Shown here: positions 39,249 to 52,212 of the stretch, one piece after another
How the letters are laid out: each line of letters begins with the position of its first letter
Numbering within the stretch: the first letter of the stretch is position 1
Assembly: GCF_006345805.1 (NCBI RefSeq)
Contig: NC_043006.1
Span: 71,920,001 to 71,984,000 of the forward strand
Length of the DNA: 64,000 nucleotides
Direction of reading: 5' to 3'
Origin: Octopus sinensis
Taxonomy: Eukaryota
The notes under the pieces: model-generated
Told to the model about the DNA's origin: nothing
The model's database searches: none
The model's input: only the letters and a program-made list of their open reading frames with translations
Position numbers and translations under genes: made by a program

Positions 39249-42200
39249 GTAGGTTTCTCTCCTTTTTTGCTTTTTATTTTTTATTCCTATTCTTAACTTT
39301 ATGAAGTGGGCTGAAAAATTACTGGCTTTGGGTAAACAAAAATACAGGAGGATCAGTTAATTATGATTTTTTTCAACATAATCCCCTCTCAAATTCACAC
39401 TTTTTGCAGCAGCCCTTCAGTTTCTCTAAGCCCTGTAAAAGAGCTCGAAAAGTTGGGCCTCCAACTAGGGTTTTTGCAATACTCTTAAAGCCAAGAACTT
39501 TAAAGCAACCCCTCATATAGTATCACTGAGTTTGATTTCATAATCCATTTACTTAATATTTATCACTACTTCGATCCTTGTAAGTAACCCACCTAAAAGT
39601 CATGGGCCTCAAGTAGACATTTCATAATCCTGTACTTGCTGGAGTATCAGTTGTAAACTTCATGTAGGAAAAGATTTTAGATGTGTGTTATTGATAGGTT
39701 GCTAACATGGTACCTAGAGTGGTATTAAAAGGGTTAACCACTTCACACTGTTCTTAATTGTGTTGTAAAGTTGTTCTTATGAGTGGGTTACCTCAACTCC
39801 ACTGTTCAACTGGTACTTATTTTATCAATCCCAAAAAGATGACAGGCAAAAATGGCCTCTGCAGAATTTGAATCCAGAATGTCGCCAAGCATTTTGCCTG
39901 GTGTGCTGATGATTTTGCCAACTTGCTGCCTTGCCAAAAAAAAACCCCCAGTTTTGTAGACCTGCCTAACCTATATCAGTAGGGAAAAAAGGTTCATTAA
40001 AATAAAGAAGATAATGTATTTTATATTGATAATGATAATTCTAACATCCATATTGGTAGCTATAAGTCTTGATTAACAACAATTGATATGGTGAATTTTA
40101 AATGACAAGATTGTGTAGCAGAATGATGACAACTAACTAGTGAATCATCTCCTAGTGATACATCCATCAGTTTTCCCATTTATTGGTTGAGAACGTTGGT
40201 TTAGTATCTTCTAGTTGAGGTTATTGTGATTATTAGCTGATAAGATCTGACTGCTACCTGCTTCCTTCTCTCAAACTAACTACTCTACACTGCTGAATGT
40301 ATCAAGTGAGGGGTGGCTTTCTTAATCATTTTAATAAATGCACCCTAATATCCTGAGCCACCTTAGTTAATGCTCCCCTCTCAACTGAAGTTAAGTTTTT
40401 GTCTTGCAAATTCTTTGGTGATCTTGTTGGTGCTGGTGCCATGTAAAAATCACTCTGTAAGTTGGTTGGCATTAGGATGGACATCCAGCTGTAGAAACCA
40501 AGCCAGAACACATGACTAGAACCTAGTGCAGCTCTCCAGCTTGTCATCTCTGGACAAACTGTCCAACCCATGCCAGCATAGAAAACGGGTGTTAAATGAT
40601 GATGATGATGATTTGGTCATTCTGTGGAACTTGTCAGTTCTCTACTGATCTCTCATGAGTTCTGTTGTGCATTTGGTTGTTCTCTCAAACATTTGGTGAT
40701 TCTGCTTATTTTGGGATGTGTTTGAGATCCTTTGTTACCTTCCTATTGTTAGCACTTAATACTTGAACGTGGCAGTGCAAGCTAAGAAAATATGAATGAA
40801 TTATGTTAATTATATAATTCCTTTTTGGTGATGACTATTTTTCTCTGATCTCTTGTAATTCACTGTCTAGTTTTGATTTTGGAAGTCTTAAACAATCTTG
40901 GTTTTAATAATAATTTTATAAATTAGCAGTCCTCATCTGATAGGGATCTGAATTAGATATTAGCTCTTACCTGTGATACAGTTTGGAGAGATAAATAGAT
41001 GAAGAGAGATAAGCTTCATCAGATTGATGCCCCCTAGATACACTAAACAAAGGGAGTTGATGGAAAGATGGATAAAACGGGGAACCGTCAACTTTGTGGT
41101 CAGCAGTTTGTGTCCTGATTGTGGTACTGTGCTGTTATCACAACAAAGAGTTTTTAAACTTTCAATCATCATCATCATCATTTAACTTCCATTTTTGATG
41201 TTGCCATGGGTTGAATGGTTTGACAGGAGCTACCCAGGTTCTATTTGTCTGTTTTGGCATGGTTCCTATGGCTGGATGCCCTTCCTAATGCCAACCACTT
41301 TACAAAGTCCATTGGGTGCTTTTAATCTGACACCGGCATGGGCACTTTTATGTGGCACCAGCACTGGTGCTTTTAACTGGCACTGGCTTGGGCACTCTTA
41401 TGTGATATCAGCATAGGCGCTTTTACGTGGTACTGGTATGGGCACTTTTACATGGTACTGGCATGGGCACTTTTATGTGGTACTGGCACAGATGCTTTTA
41501 CATGGTACTGGCATGGGCGTTTTTATGTGGTACTGGCATGGGCACTTTTACATGGTACTAGCATGGGTGCTTTTACCTGGTACTGGCATGGGTGCTTTTA
41601 CATGGTACTGGCATGGGTGCATTTATGTGGTACTGGCATGGACACTTTTACATGGTACTAGCACGGGCGCTTTTACGTGGTACTGGCACAGATGCTTTTA
41701 TGTGGTACTGGCATGGGTGCTTTTACCTGGTACTGGCATGGGTGCTTTCACATGGTACTGGCATGGACACTTTTACATGGTACTAGCACAGGCGCTTTTA
41801 TGTGGCACTGACACCCACAAGACTGCATGACTAGAATCTCTCAGCTGAGAGAGGAACAAAGAGGACATGTCTATGTATGTATGGAAACCAGCCAACTACT
41901 TCATCTTCTACTAATTTGGCAAATACACAAGTCAGAAATGGAACAGAAGGGCTATTGCAAATATTGAAACCTTGTATGATGAAGGATGAACTACATAGTA
42001 TAGATTAACAGCTAATAATTCAGACTCGGAGCTTGGCAAACCACAAAGACAACACAGAGGAAGAAGATATAGAAACTAAAATGTCATGCCAATTAGGAAC
42101 AGATTTGGAGAAATTCTAATTGAAGCATATGTCTGTAGGGTTTTAGTAAGTAGGGAAGAGGAGAGGACCCTGATATTAGTGAAGAGTTAGTGGAAGGAAG

Positions 42201-45200
42201 GGCATCCAATCATAAAGTCATAAATTTCATTGAAGTGCAGGCTAGCATAGAAAAACAGACCTTTATTTTGGTTTGATGTTTTTCTTCTTATTTTTATTTT
42301 GTTGAATTTCTCTTATAGTTGTTGAAAAGAAATTAAAAGCTGCTCAAGAACTCAGTGAAAATTTTGAGGTAAGTGATAATGAAAATATTTTAACATAGAA
42401 GAGTGGCTGTGTAGTAAGTAGCTTGCTTACCAACCATATGGTTCCGGGTTCAGTCCCAGTGCATGGCACCTTGGGCAAGTATCTTTTACGGTAACCTAGG
42501 GCTGACCAAAGCTTTGTGAGTGGATTTGGCAGACAGAAACTGAAAGAAGCCTGTCGTATATATATGTGTGTGTGTGTGTGTGTGTATTTGTGTGTCTGTT
42601 TGTCTCCTCAACATCGCTTGGCAACCAATGCTTGTGTGTTTAATTCCCTGTAACTTAGCAGTTTGGCAAAAGAGACCAATAGAATAAGTACTAGGCTTAT
42701 AAAGAATAAGTACTGGGGTCAATTTGCTCAACTAAAGGCAGTGCTCCAGCATGGCCGCAGTCAAATGACTGAAACAAGTAAAAGAATAGTTTACCTAGCA
42801 CCTGAAAAATAGCTGTTGTTATGTGAAGGTCTTTGATCGTCTCTATGTAATAGCAACAGCATTAAAGTAAGGTCTCTCATTGCTTTAGAATGATGAAATT
42901 AAATTTTCCCAGTCAAAAGTTAAAATTTTTACTGTATTCATATTGTGGTACTTTCTAATGAAGATTTGTCGTATGTTTTGGTCTACCTGAAAAGATACAG
43001 TAGATGTGATGTTAAGATAAACTTCATTGTTATAAGTTCCAATCTTCCTATACTTCATTTCTGAATTCACTCTAGTTAGTTGGTTCATGAATATTAGGCC
43101 CTTATAATTCATAGCTGAGTTGTTACTGTTAGAAAGAATTAATTATTAAAATGTCATCTCACCTATGCTAATCTAAAAAACAATTTTTTAATGTTTTGAA
43201 AAAGTCAGTGTTAACATTTGATATATGGAACATTAAAATACTCATTACAATAAAGGGAAAACAATATTAATCCTTTTGTTACCAACCTGGCCGAAACTGG
43301 TTCTGGCTCTGAGTTCAAATGTTTTATTTTCATAAGTTTTGAATTAAAATTTTCCACCAGACCTTAGTCACAATTTATGTTCCTAAAACTAGCTGAATGA
43401 TAACTAAGTTATTTTACTAAATTCTTTGTTATATTTAAAGTAATTGAAAGAAATACAGAGCATCTCAAATTAAATACAGTAACGAAAGGGTTAATGAAAA
43501 CAGATATATTTTTTAGCATATAAAAGAGACATGTCTAGAGATAATTTGATTTTGTTCTTGCTGAAGTATTGACTAATGAATTACTAAATATGCCAGATTG
43601 TACATTTATTAATATTGGAAAATATTACTCTCTAGAAATGAAATAATTTAGGCTCATATTCCATTAGTGTATTCCCTTTCATCAAAGGATTGTACTCCTC
43701 TTTGCAGTTATATGCTGCTCTGTACAGGATTGTACTGCCCATTTTGATAGTGGCTGAGTTCCTATCACATGTTGGGCCTCACTGAGGCAATGACCAAGAC
43801 CTTTGGCATTATGTTGTGCTTGAGAAGAAGACCCATCAAGCCAAGCAAAATCACAGTCCTGGCAGATACCAGTATCACACAAATGGCACCCATGCCGGTG
43901 GCATGTAAAAGCACCCATTACACCCTTGGAGTGGTTGGTGTCAGGAAGGGCACCATACCAAATCAGACTGGAGTCTGGTGCAGCCTTCCAGTGTGCCAGC
44001 CCAGTCAAACCGTCCAACCCATGCCAGCATGGACGTTAAATGATGATGATTCCTTTACCTAGTGAGTGTCAAGGAGTCAAATTAGCTAATTCACTGACTG
44101 ACATTCCATGAATGATTTATTCTCTTTCTCTTTATTTCAGAGTATAGTTATTTCTCCACAGTATCCACAATTTTTACAAGATGCTCTTAGAGTATTTCTT
44201 AAGATTCTGGATGAAGGGGAGCCACATTTTGTGGCTGAACAAAATATGCAGGTGAGTTGTAGTTGTGTCTGCATGTGTAGTTGTGACTCTGTGTGTATGT
44301 GTATGTAGACACAAGTGTTTTGTCTGCGTGGGTATATGGATGTACATATGTGTTTGTGTGTATACATACATATATAAATATGCACACACACATGTATATT
44401 TATTTTTATATAAAGTTGTATTTACATGTGTATATAGTGTTGTTTAATCTTTGATGGTATATTGACTATGAACTGTTTTATTATGGTGAAAGACATTGCA
44501 TTATTGACAAGATTGAAAAGACTGCAGATAGTCACTTTCCACTTCAGCCAAACTCTCATTATCTTCAAATTCCACTTAAGGAGGAAGGTGCCAATCTCAA
44601 GTGGATTTGCTGAAAGTTGGGTAAAAATAATGAGTTTACTCTTTGCATGTTCATGTAAACTATAGAACAGTTGAAGGAAGGCACCTACTCTCTGTAATCA
44701 ATGAAATTCTGAATCTGTGAGGTTCCTTGAGATTGACTTCTCGTAGCTGTCTTCCAATTGGACTTCTTATTCCATTCCTTTGTACATTGATATTTTCTAA
44801 AATTGATTCTATGTCACTGCCCCTGCCAACTGTTTTTATAATTTGTTTTTGTAATGTCCACATATTTGTCATTCTTGTGGCAAATTATAAAGGGTTATCA
44901 TTTTAGGGTCAGTGGGCTGGCAGTCATTAAAACTTTGGACAAAATACCTCACAGTATTTCTTCTGGCTCTTTATGTTCAGATTTCAAAACCTGCCAAAAT
45001 CAACTTGTATTTCATCATTCGGGGTGGTGGTGGTGGGTTGGTGGTGGCAGAGGCGGGATCAATAAAATAAAGTATCACTCAAGTATATTGGAGCAATGAT
45101 ATCAGCTAACCCAGTCCTTCTAAATTTCAGGCTTTTCATCTATGCTTGGAAGAATTATTATTGTGATTCTCTGTTCTTCTTTTTACAGCAACTCCGTAAA

Positions 45201-46279
45201 CTGTTGTTGGAAATTATCCACCGAATTCCATGCAACGAATACCTGAAACGGTACATTCCTCAGATCCTTCCTTTGATGTTTAAACTTCTAAAGGTAATTA
45301 TCAATTCTCTCTTCCAGTTCCTATGTGTTTTTGTTCTCTTCTAATTTAAAAAAACCAAAAAACAAAACAAACTTCTGTTCTGGCTTGTTGCACCTAACTC
45401 TCTCTGGGAGTTACTGCTAGAAAGGTTTGGTAATTTTGGTACTTCAGAAGTGCATATTGTGGTGATATAGCGAAAAATTTGCATGCAATTATTGAAAAGC
45501 TAATACTGTTAACATAATAATATTATTCATTTTCATGTCTTAGAAAGAACTCATTTGTTTTTTTTTTATTTCTTTGTTTAGGTTGAAAATGAAGAGAATG
45601 TTCTAGTATGTCTCCGGATAATAATGGAGCTTCATCGCCAATATCGGCCACAGATGAATGAAGAGGTATGTATGATAGTCAGTGGGATTTGAAACCTCCC
45701 CTTTGTTATAGAGTCATATTGGATGCAAAGTTAAGGTTCCTCTCCTTATTTCCAAATTACTTGACATTTCTTTGTCAGAACAATGTAAAATTAGGTCATG
45801 ACAATGTAATGCTGTTAGTGTAAGGAATTATTAAGATGAATGCAAATCGTATGACAAAGTTCTGTTGAATGATCATCTAGGCCCCCAAACCTGATGCCCT
45901 CTCGACTTTTTTTTCTGTGGGTGTCATAATGAATTGACCCCATATCTGTTGGTGTACTAAAGGAGACAATTACATTCTTTTGTAATAATATCATTACAGC
46001 TACCTTGTAATTTACAGACTCAAAAATGTCTAAACATGTTGAAAGCTGCCTGTTTGAGCAATTGTTGTAATTTTGAACATTTAAATGAATTAAGTTCTTT
46101 TTCTATGGGCTTAAATTTTTGGGCTACTCTATATAATGTATGTGTGTGTGTATATGAGAGATCTCTGTGTTTTGTGTTAGCTTTCCATGCTACTCTACCC
46201 ATGCCAGCATGGAAGACAGATGCTAAATGATGATGATTATTATTATAATAATGATTGTGTGTGTATACGTGTGTTTCAC

Positions 46280-46311
<32 letters not shown>

Positions 46312-49300
46312 TACACACACACACACACATCTACATACACACTTTATTAATAAAGCTGTAAAAGCTTAACAAAAATTGTTACTCAAAGTTTCACGCTCCC
46401 ATTCGTTGGACAAGCAGGAACGTGAAACTCTAAGTAACAGTGTTTGTGATGTCTTTGCAGCTTTATTAATAAAGCATATTACTCTACCTCCAGTATTTGA
46501 GTACTATTTTTTCCCACCTTGTTTCACATTTATGTGCTTACTCTGGTGTGTGTGTATATATATATATATATTGTAATCACTTGCCATATTGTGGTTCACC
46601 TATCACACCCTCAGTACATCATGGATTTTTCTGGCTAATATATGTAAATTTATATCGCAGGTTTCTGCGGTGAATAGGTATTTATATTTTTTTTTTAGAT
46701 TTTAATTATTTCTGTGGTAAAATAAGCATTTTCACGCTTAAAAATTAATAAATAGAAATACAGTACAGTACTGTATAGCACATTAATTAAAATATATTAA
46801 AGAAAATATGTAGTGTAGATGAGTAAACAAAGAATCAGTCATCATCATCATCATCATTATCGTTTAACATCCGCTTTCCATGCTAGCATGGGTTGGTCGG
46901 TTCAACTGGGGTCTGGGAAGCCCGAAGGCTGCACCAGGCCAGTCATATCTGGCGGTGTTTCTACAGCTGGATGCCCTTCCTAACGCCAACCACTCCGTGA
47001 GTGTAGTGGGTGCTTTTTATATGCCACCGACACAGGTGCCAGACGAGGCTGGTGAACGGCCATGCTTGGACGGTGCTTTTTATGTGCCACCGGCACGGAG
47101 GCCAGGCGAGGTTGGCACAGCCACGATCGGATGGTGTTTGTTACGTGCCACCAGCATGGAGGCCAGTCGATGCGGTGCTGGCTACGGCCACGTTTGGATG
47201 GTTCTCTTATGTGCCACTGGCATTGGTACCATAACTACAAATTATATTGATGTTGATCGATTTTGATTTGATTTTTTTGATTTCCATATAATGAAACTAA
47301 GGAGGCAAGTGTGTGGTGGTGTTTTACTTCATCTCTGAAGTCAAGGTTTAGCTTCTCCTATTGGACAATGCTGGAGGTCATGTGCTGTACCTGTCGTATG
47401 AGGGCACACAAATCAAATTTTTACCGCGAAACACCACACCACTGATCCAGCCCATAGATCAAAGTGTTATTCATGCTTTTAAGGTGCTCTATATGCAAAT
47501 CTTCCTGCAACACCTGCTTGAGACTATGGACTTGGATGGTATCTTCTCACCGAAGGAGTACTGGCATGGGTACACCATTGCAACATATTCAGAAGGCCAT
47601 AAAGGAGATGAAGAACAAAACTTTGAATGCCAGCTGGAAGAAATTGTGGCCTGATGAAATCCACCACTCTGCAGTAGATAAGACAGTGAAGCTGGCAAAA
47701 TTGCTAGGAGGAGATGGCTTCACCGATATGATTATCGAGGACGTTAGTAACCTGATCGAAGCCCACTCAGATCCGTTAATGATAGAGATGACGAAGTCAG
47801 AAAATGAGGAAGAAGAAGAAGTTGGCCTGTCATTAGAACACTTCGCAACTCCAGCAAAAACGGCAAAACAACTTCAGAGAATGGCAGAAGATTGGGATTC
47901 CCATATGATTCATGTGTTGCAGTTCAGAAATGCAGCTGATAGAGCCATAGAAGTTTATAAAAATCTTACACAGAAGAAAAGGCAGTGCCAACAATCACTA
48001 TGTTCCTCACCAAAAAAAAAAAAGAGAAAAGATATGGGTACTCCTAAGAGTGTGGAGAGAGTTTATAAAAGGTTAAATATCATCATCATCATCATTGTTT
48101 AACGTCTGCTTTCCATGCTGGCATGAGTTGGACAGTTTGACTGAGGACTGGCAAGCCAAGAGGCTGCACCAGGCTCCAATCTGATTTAGCAAGGTTTCTA
48201 CAGCTGGATGCCTTTCCTAATGCCAACTACTCTGAGAGTATACTGTTGTCAGTCTGGCGGCACTGGCATCTGCCACAACTATAATTTCACTTGACTCAAC
48301 AGGTCTTCTCCCTAAGTTTCTGCATTGACCACCAGATAAGGGATCGAGGGACCCTATTTAAGGCTTTATAATAAAATAAATGCATGCAAACTATAAAAAT
48401 AATTTTTCAAAAAATATACACTGCAGTACTGTTTCTACTTTGTGGATTTTCACCTATTGCGGAAGTTTCGGAATGTAACACCCGCTATAATTGAGGGATT
48501 ACTGTGTGTGTGTGTATATATATATATATATGAATATTGTGCATGGATGTGTATTTATAATTTCAGATACAAGGGTTTTTGCAGTTCGTGAAGAAGATAT
48601 ATGCTAACTTGCCCAATTACTTGCACAAGATATTTGAACCTCGGCAGCAAATAAAAGTGAAAGATATCACAGAGGTGAATGTTGATGTCTATCTTCAGGA
48701 GATCTTCACAGTTACCACTATTATGACCGACAAAAAAAATGCTGACAATCAAAGTGTATCTGTAAGTTTACTTAGTTGTTGCACATCTCATTGTTATTGT
48801 TGTTGTTTTCTGTCTCTTTTTTGCATCATTCATATATACCTGTCTCTATGTTATATCAAACCACACTGGTTACATGTTATACTGGAATGCAGTAAATGCC
48901 TCCAGATCACACCAGAATACTCTGTTGGATTACATTGTCTTGTGTTACACCAGACTACACCAAATATCTACATGTTACTCCTGACCACACCATATGGCTA
49001 CATCCTACACCTGACTGCACTTAATGCTTGCATATTACATCAGAATACACTAAATGCCTAAATCTTACACCAGACTACACTAAATGCCTACATGTTATAC
49101 CAAACCAAATTACAGATCTTTCTGAAGCGTCTATATTTTATTTGTTTCCAATTTTAGTACAACATAATTCCACGAGCTGTTCTGTCCCTCAAAGTCCTCG
49201 CTGAGCTTCCAATTATTGTGGTTCTTATGTACCAGATCTATAAACCCAGTGTTGACTATGATGTCTCAGAACTCATACCTCTCATAATGAACACCATCAC

Positions 49301-52178
49301 TCTTCAGCCTCAAGCCCAGCTTCGGTAAGTTTTTTCTTCCTCAATTACACCCTGAGATGTCTTGTTCATGTCATGAGTTAGTTCAACAGTAAATCAGGCT
49401 CTCTGATTTTGTGCAGTGCATCATCATCATCATAATCTTCATCCTCATTTAATGTGTATTTTCCATACTGCTATTGGTTGGACAATTTGAGAGAAGCAGA
49501 CAAGGCCAGAAGCCACACCAGGTTCCATCGTCTGTTTTAGCTTGGTTTCTACAGCTGAATGTAGACTTGTGTCTTATCCAGAGGATGATTTAATTCTCAT
49601 TCTGTGTTTTGTTTTCTGGTCAGAACACTTTGTATCTATTTTATATTACTTCAGTTCACCTACTGTAGCTTTCAGGAATATATAATGAATCATCTGGGGA
49701 GTGTACAGTGTTTTATAAAATAAAATTATAATGTAGGGTATCTAAGAGATTCCACCACGCTGAAAATAGCAGTCAAAACTTGACTCTAAGACTACATTAA
49801 ATGTTCATATAGCACCAGGAGAGAAGACAAAGAGACAAAATAAACTAGCAAAAAATTACTGGATAATTCCAGATCCTGGATTTCTGGCTTTGCATAGAGA
49901 TGCTCTGCCTTCATCAGTAGAATAGTCTCAGATAGTGTTTTATAAAATAGATAACAATTTTTGCCTTACATTCCCCCTGGTTTGTAGGATCATTAAATTT
50001 AGTACCAGTCAGGTACTGAGGATAGATAACATTGAACACTTTTCTCTCCTTTTGCAACCTCAAAGTAAAATTAGAAATCCTTGTAATATTCCTTCTATTT
50101 TAATATTTAATTTTTATTCTACTTCAGCAATAATCCAGCTTTTAACAAAGAAGTGTTTGTGGACTTTATTGGTGCCCAGATCAAGACCCTGTCTTTTCTT
50201 GCATATATCATCAAATCTTACCAAGTAATAACAAACAAGCTTTCTTTTCCTTTTCTTTGTTGCATTTCTTTTTACTACATTATTTACATTTGACGGATAT
50301 TTGTCCTGTTTGTTGTTAACACGACGTTTCGGCTGATATACCCTCCAGACTTCATCAGGTGTCTTGGGGAAATTTCGAACCTGGATTCTCATTCCTAAAG
50401 TATTTTTCAATGTTGTTGTTGTTAATATTGTTCAGGTCACTGCCTGGAATCGAGCTCGGAATCTTGGGGTTAGTAGCCCGCACTCTTAATCACTACACCA
50501 TTGCCAGTGTTGGTGTGTTTATGTCCTCATAACTCAGTGGTTCGGCAAAAGAGACTGGAAGAATAAATACTAGGCTTCAAAAAAATAAGTCGTAGGGTCG
50601 ATTTGTTCCAACTAAATAAACCAGCATGGCCACAGTCAAATGACTGAAACAGGTAAAATAATAAAAGAAAGCAAGAATTTAGAAACTGCCAGATAATGAA
50701 ATAATTTACTTTTTATGATAGAACTCAAAGTAGATAAAGCTGTAAATAATAGTGTGTAATTATATATTGGGTTCAAAAACTCCTTTGGATTGTGAAAGTC
50801 TAGAGGTTGCCTGTGGCATTTAACTCTTTAGTATTCAGATGACTTGGCCAATCTATTACTTAATTCAAATTGTTTTGTACCCTTAACCCTTTCGTTACTA
50901 TATTTCTGACCAAAATACACCTCTCATGAGTTTCAATTAAATTCTAAAAAAACATGGATTTAGACTAGTTTCATTAAACAACTGTAACTTTTTTTACTTA
51001 TAAACATATTAATGTGATATTTGGAATATAATTAAAGAAAATGTTCTTAATCAATTCTATTGCATAACTTTTGTCTCAAAGTGACTCTAATTACAGGTAA
51101 ATCCAGGTAAACTGAGCAAAAGGTAAAAATATAAAAGTTTTGTTTAAACATCATCATAGAAAATTAATCATCATCTAATATTTAATTGGGTATGCAACAA
51201 AATTTTTGATATAGAAGAACTGTGCACATCACTAGATTATCAGATGAATTTAATGCACAAAAGAACATGTATACCATAAAGGTGAAATAAACTGAAATAC
51301 TGGAATCTACCGTAAGTTTGACTGAACTAAAAAATCGGTCAAAAAATGATATACGACCCTGGTTATGGTATGGAAGTGATAAATTCCAGACACATTGTAC
51401 CCTAAGCCATGCTGACTAACATTGTTTTCCCTGTATAAAAACTAAATCCACAGCAGTACCCAGTATTTGCTTCACAAATTTTCCAAACTTTGATCCCCCA
51501 TTTCGTGGGCTTTCCTGGTATATACTGTTTGTTTACATTCTGTGTAACAGTTTGTTTCAACAGTGATTGCTTCAAACAAGCATACTGAAAAAAATACTTT
51601 TACCCTTTGTATTCAAAAACTGTTGGAGTGATCTTTATATTTGTATTTGAAAATGTTACTAATAATGGCTCATTTGTTATATTTAAATACTCATAGGATC
51701 AAGTATCCCAGAATTCCCAGCAGTTGGTACAAGGACTGCTCGGTTTGTTTACACTGTGTCCGCCTGAAGTTGCTCATTTGCGCAAGGAACTATTGATTGC
51801 CGCACGTCACATACTCACCACTGATCTACGCAACAGTAAGTCACCTTTTCTTGGCTTTGTTTCTTTGCCTTTTTTTTTTCTGTATTGTAGCAGTTAGCTG
51901 GTAGAATTTTTATTCACTGACTCCCTCTGTATGCTTGTATGTATGTAAGAACCCTTATCTTGAAATATGGTTGTAAAATGAGCTATGTTGTACATTTCCA
52001 GTCTTCAGTGTAAAATGTGTCTGGCTATGGGGAACAGGAAAGGCATACTGTTGTAGAATTTCTGTCTGACTCCATGCAAGCACAGAAAAGTGAACATTAA
52101 ACAATGGTGATGAGTGTTTGTGTGTACATATGTATATATCTTTGTATGTGTGTGTATATATGCATCTGTATGTATGTC

Positions 52179-52212
<34 letters not shown>

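Noticed and set aside
39245-39250. GC-AG donor (CCT|GCAAGT) for the first TRRAP coding exon
   Set aside because: It would be phase 0; the next exon requires phase 1, which the canonical A|GTAGGT satisfies.
41290-41810. CRISPR-like array or repetitive W/H-rich ORFs
   Set aside because: Head-to-tail minisatellite with no unique spacers, in eukaryotic intronic context; the ORFs are repeat artefacts.
47361-48102. Domesticated transposase gene nested in TRRAP
   Set aside because: Frameshifted, lacks the N-terminal domain, and lies within TIRs with nested SINEs: a decayed Tigger.
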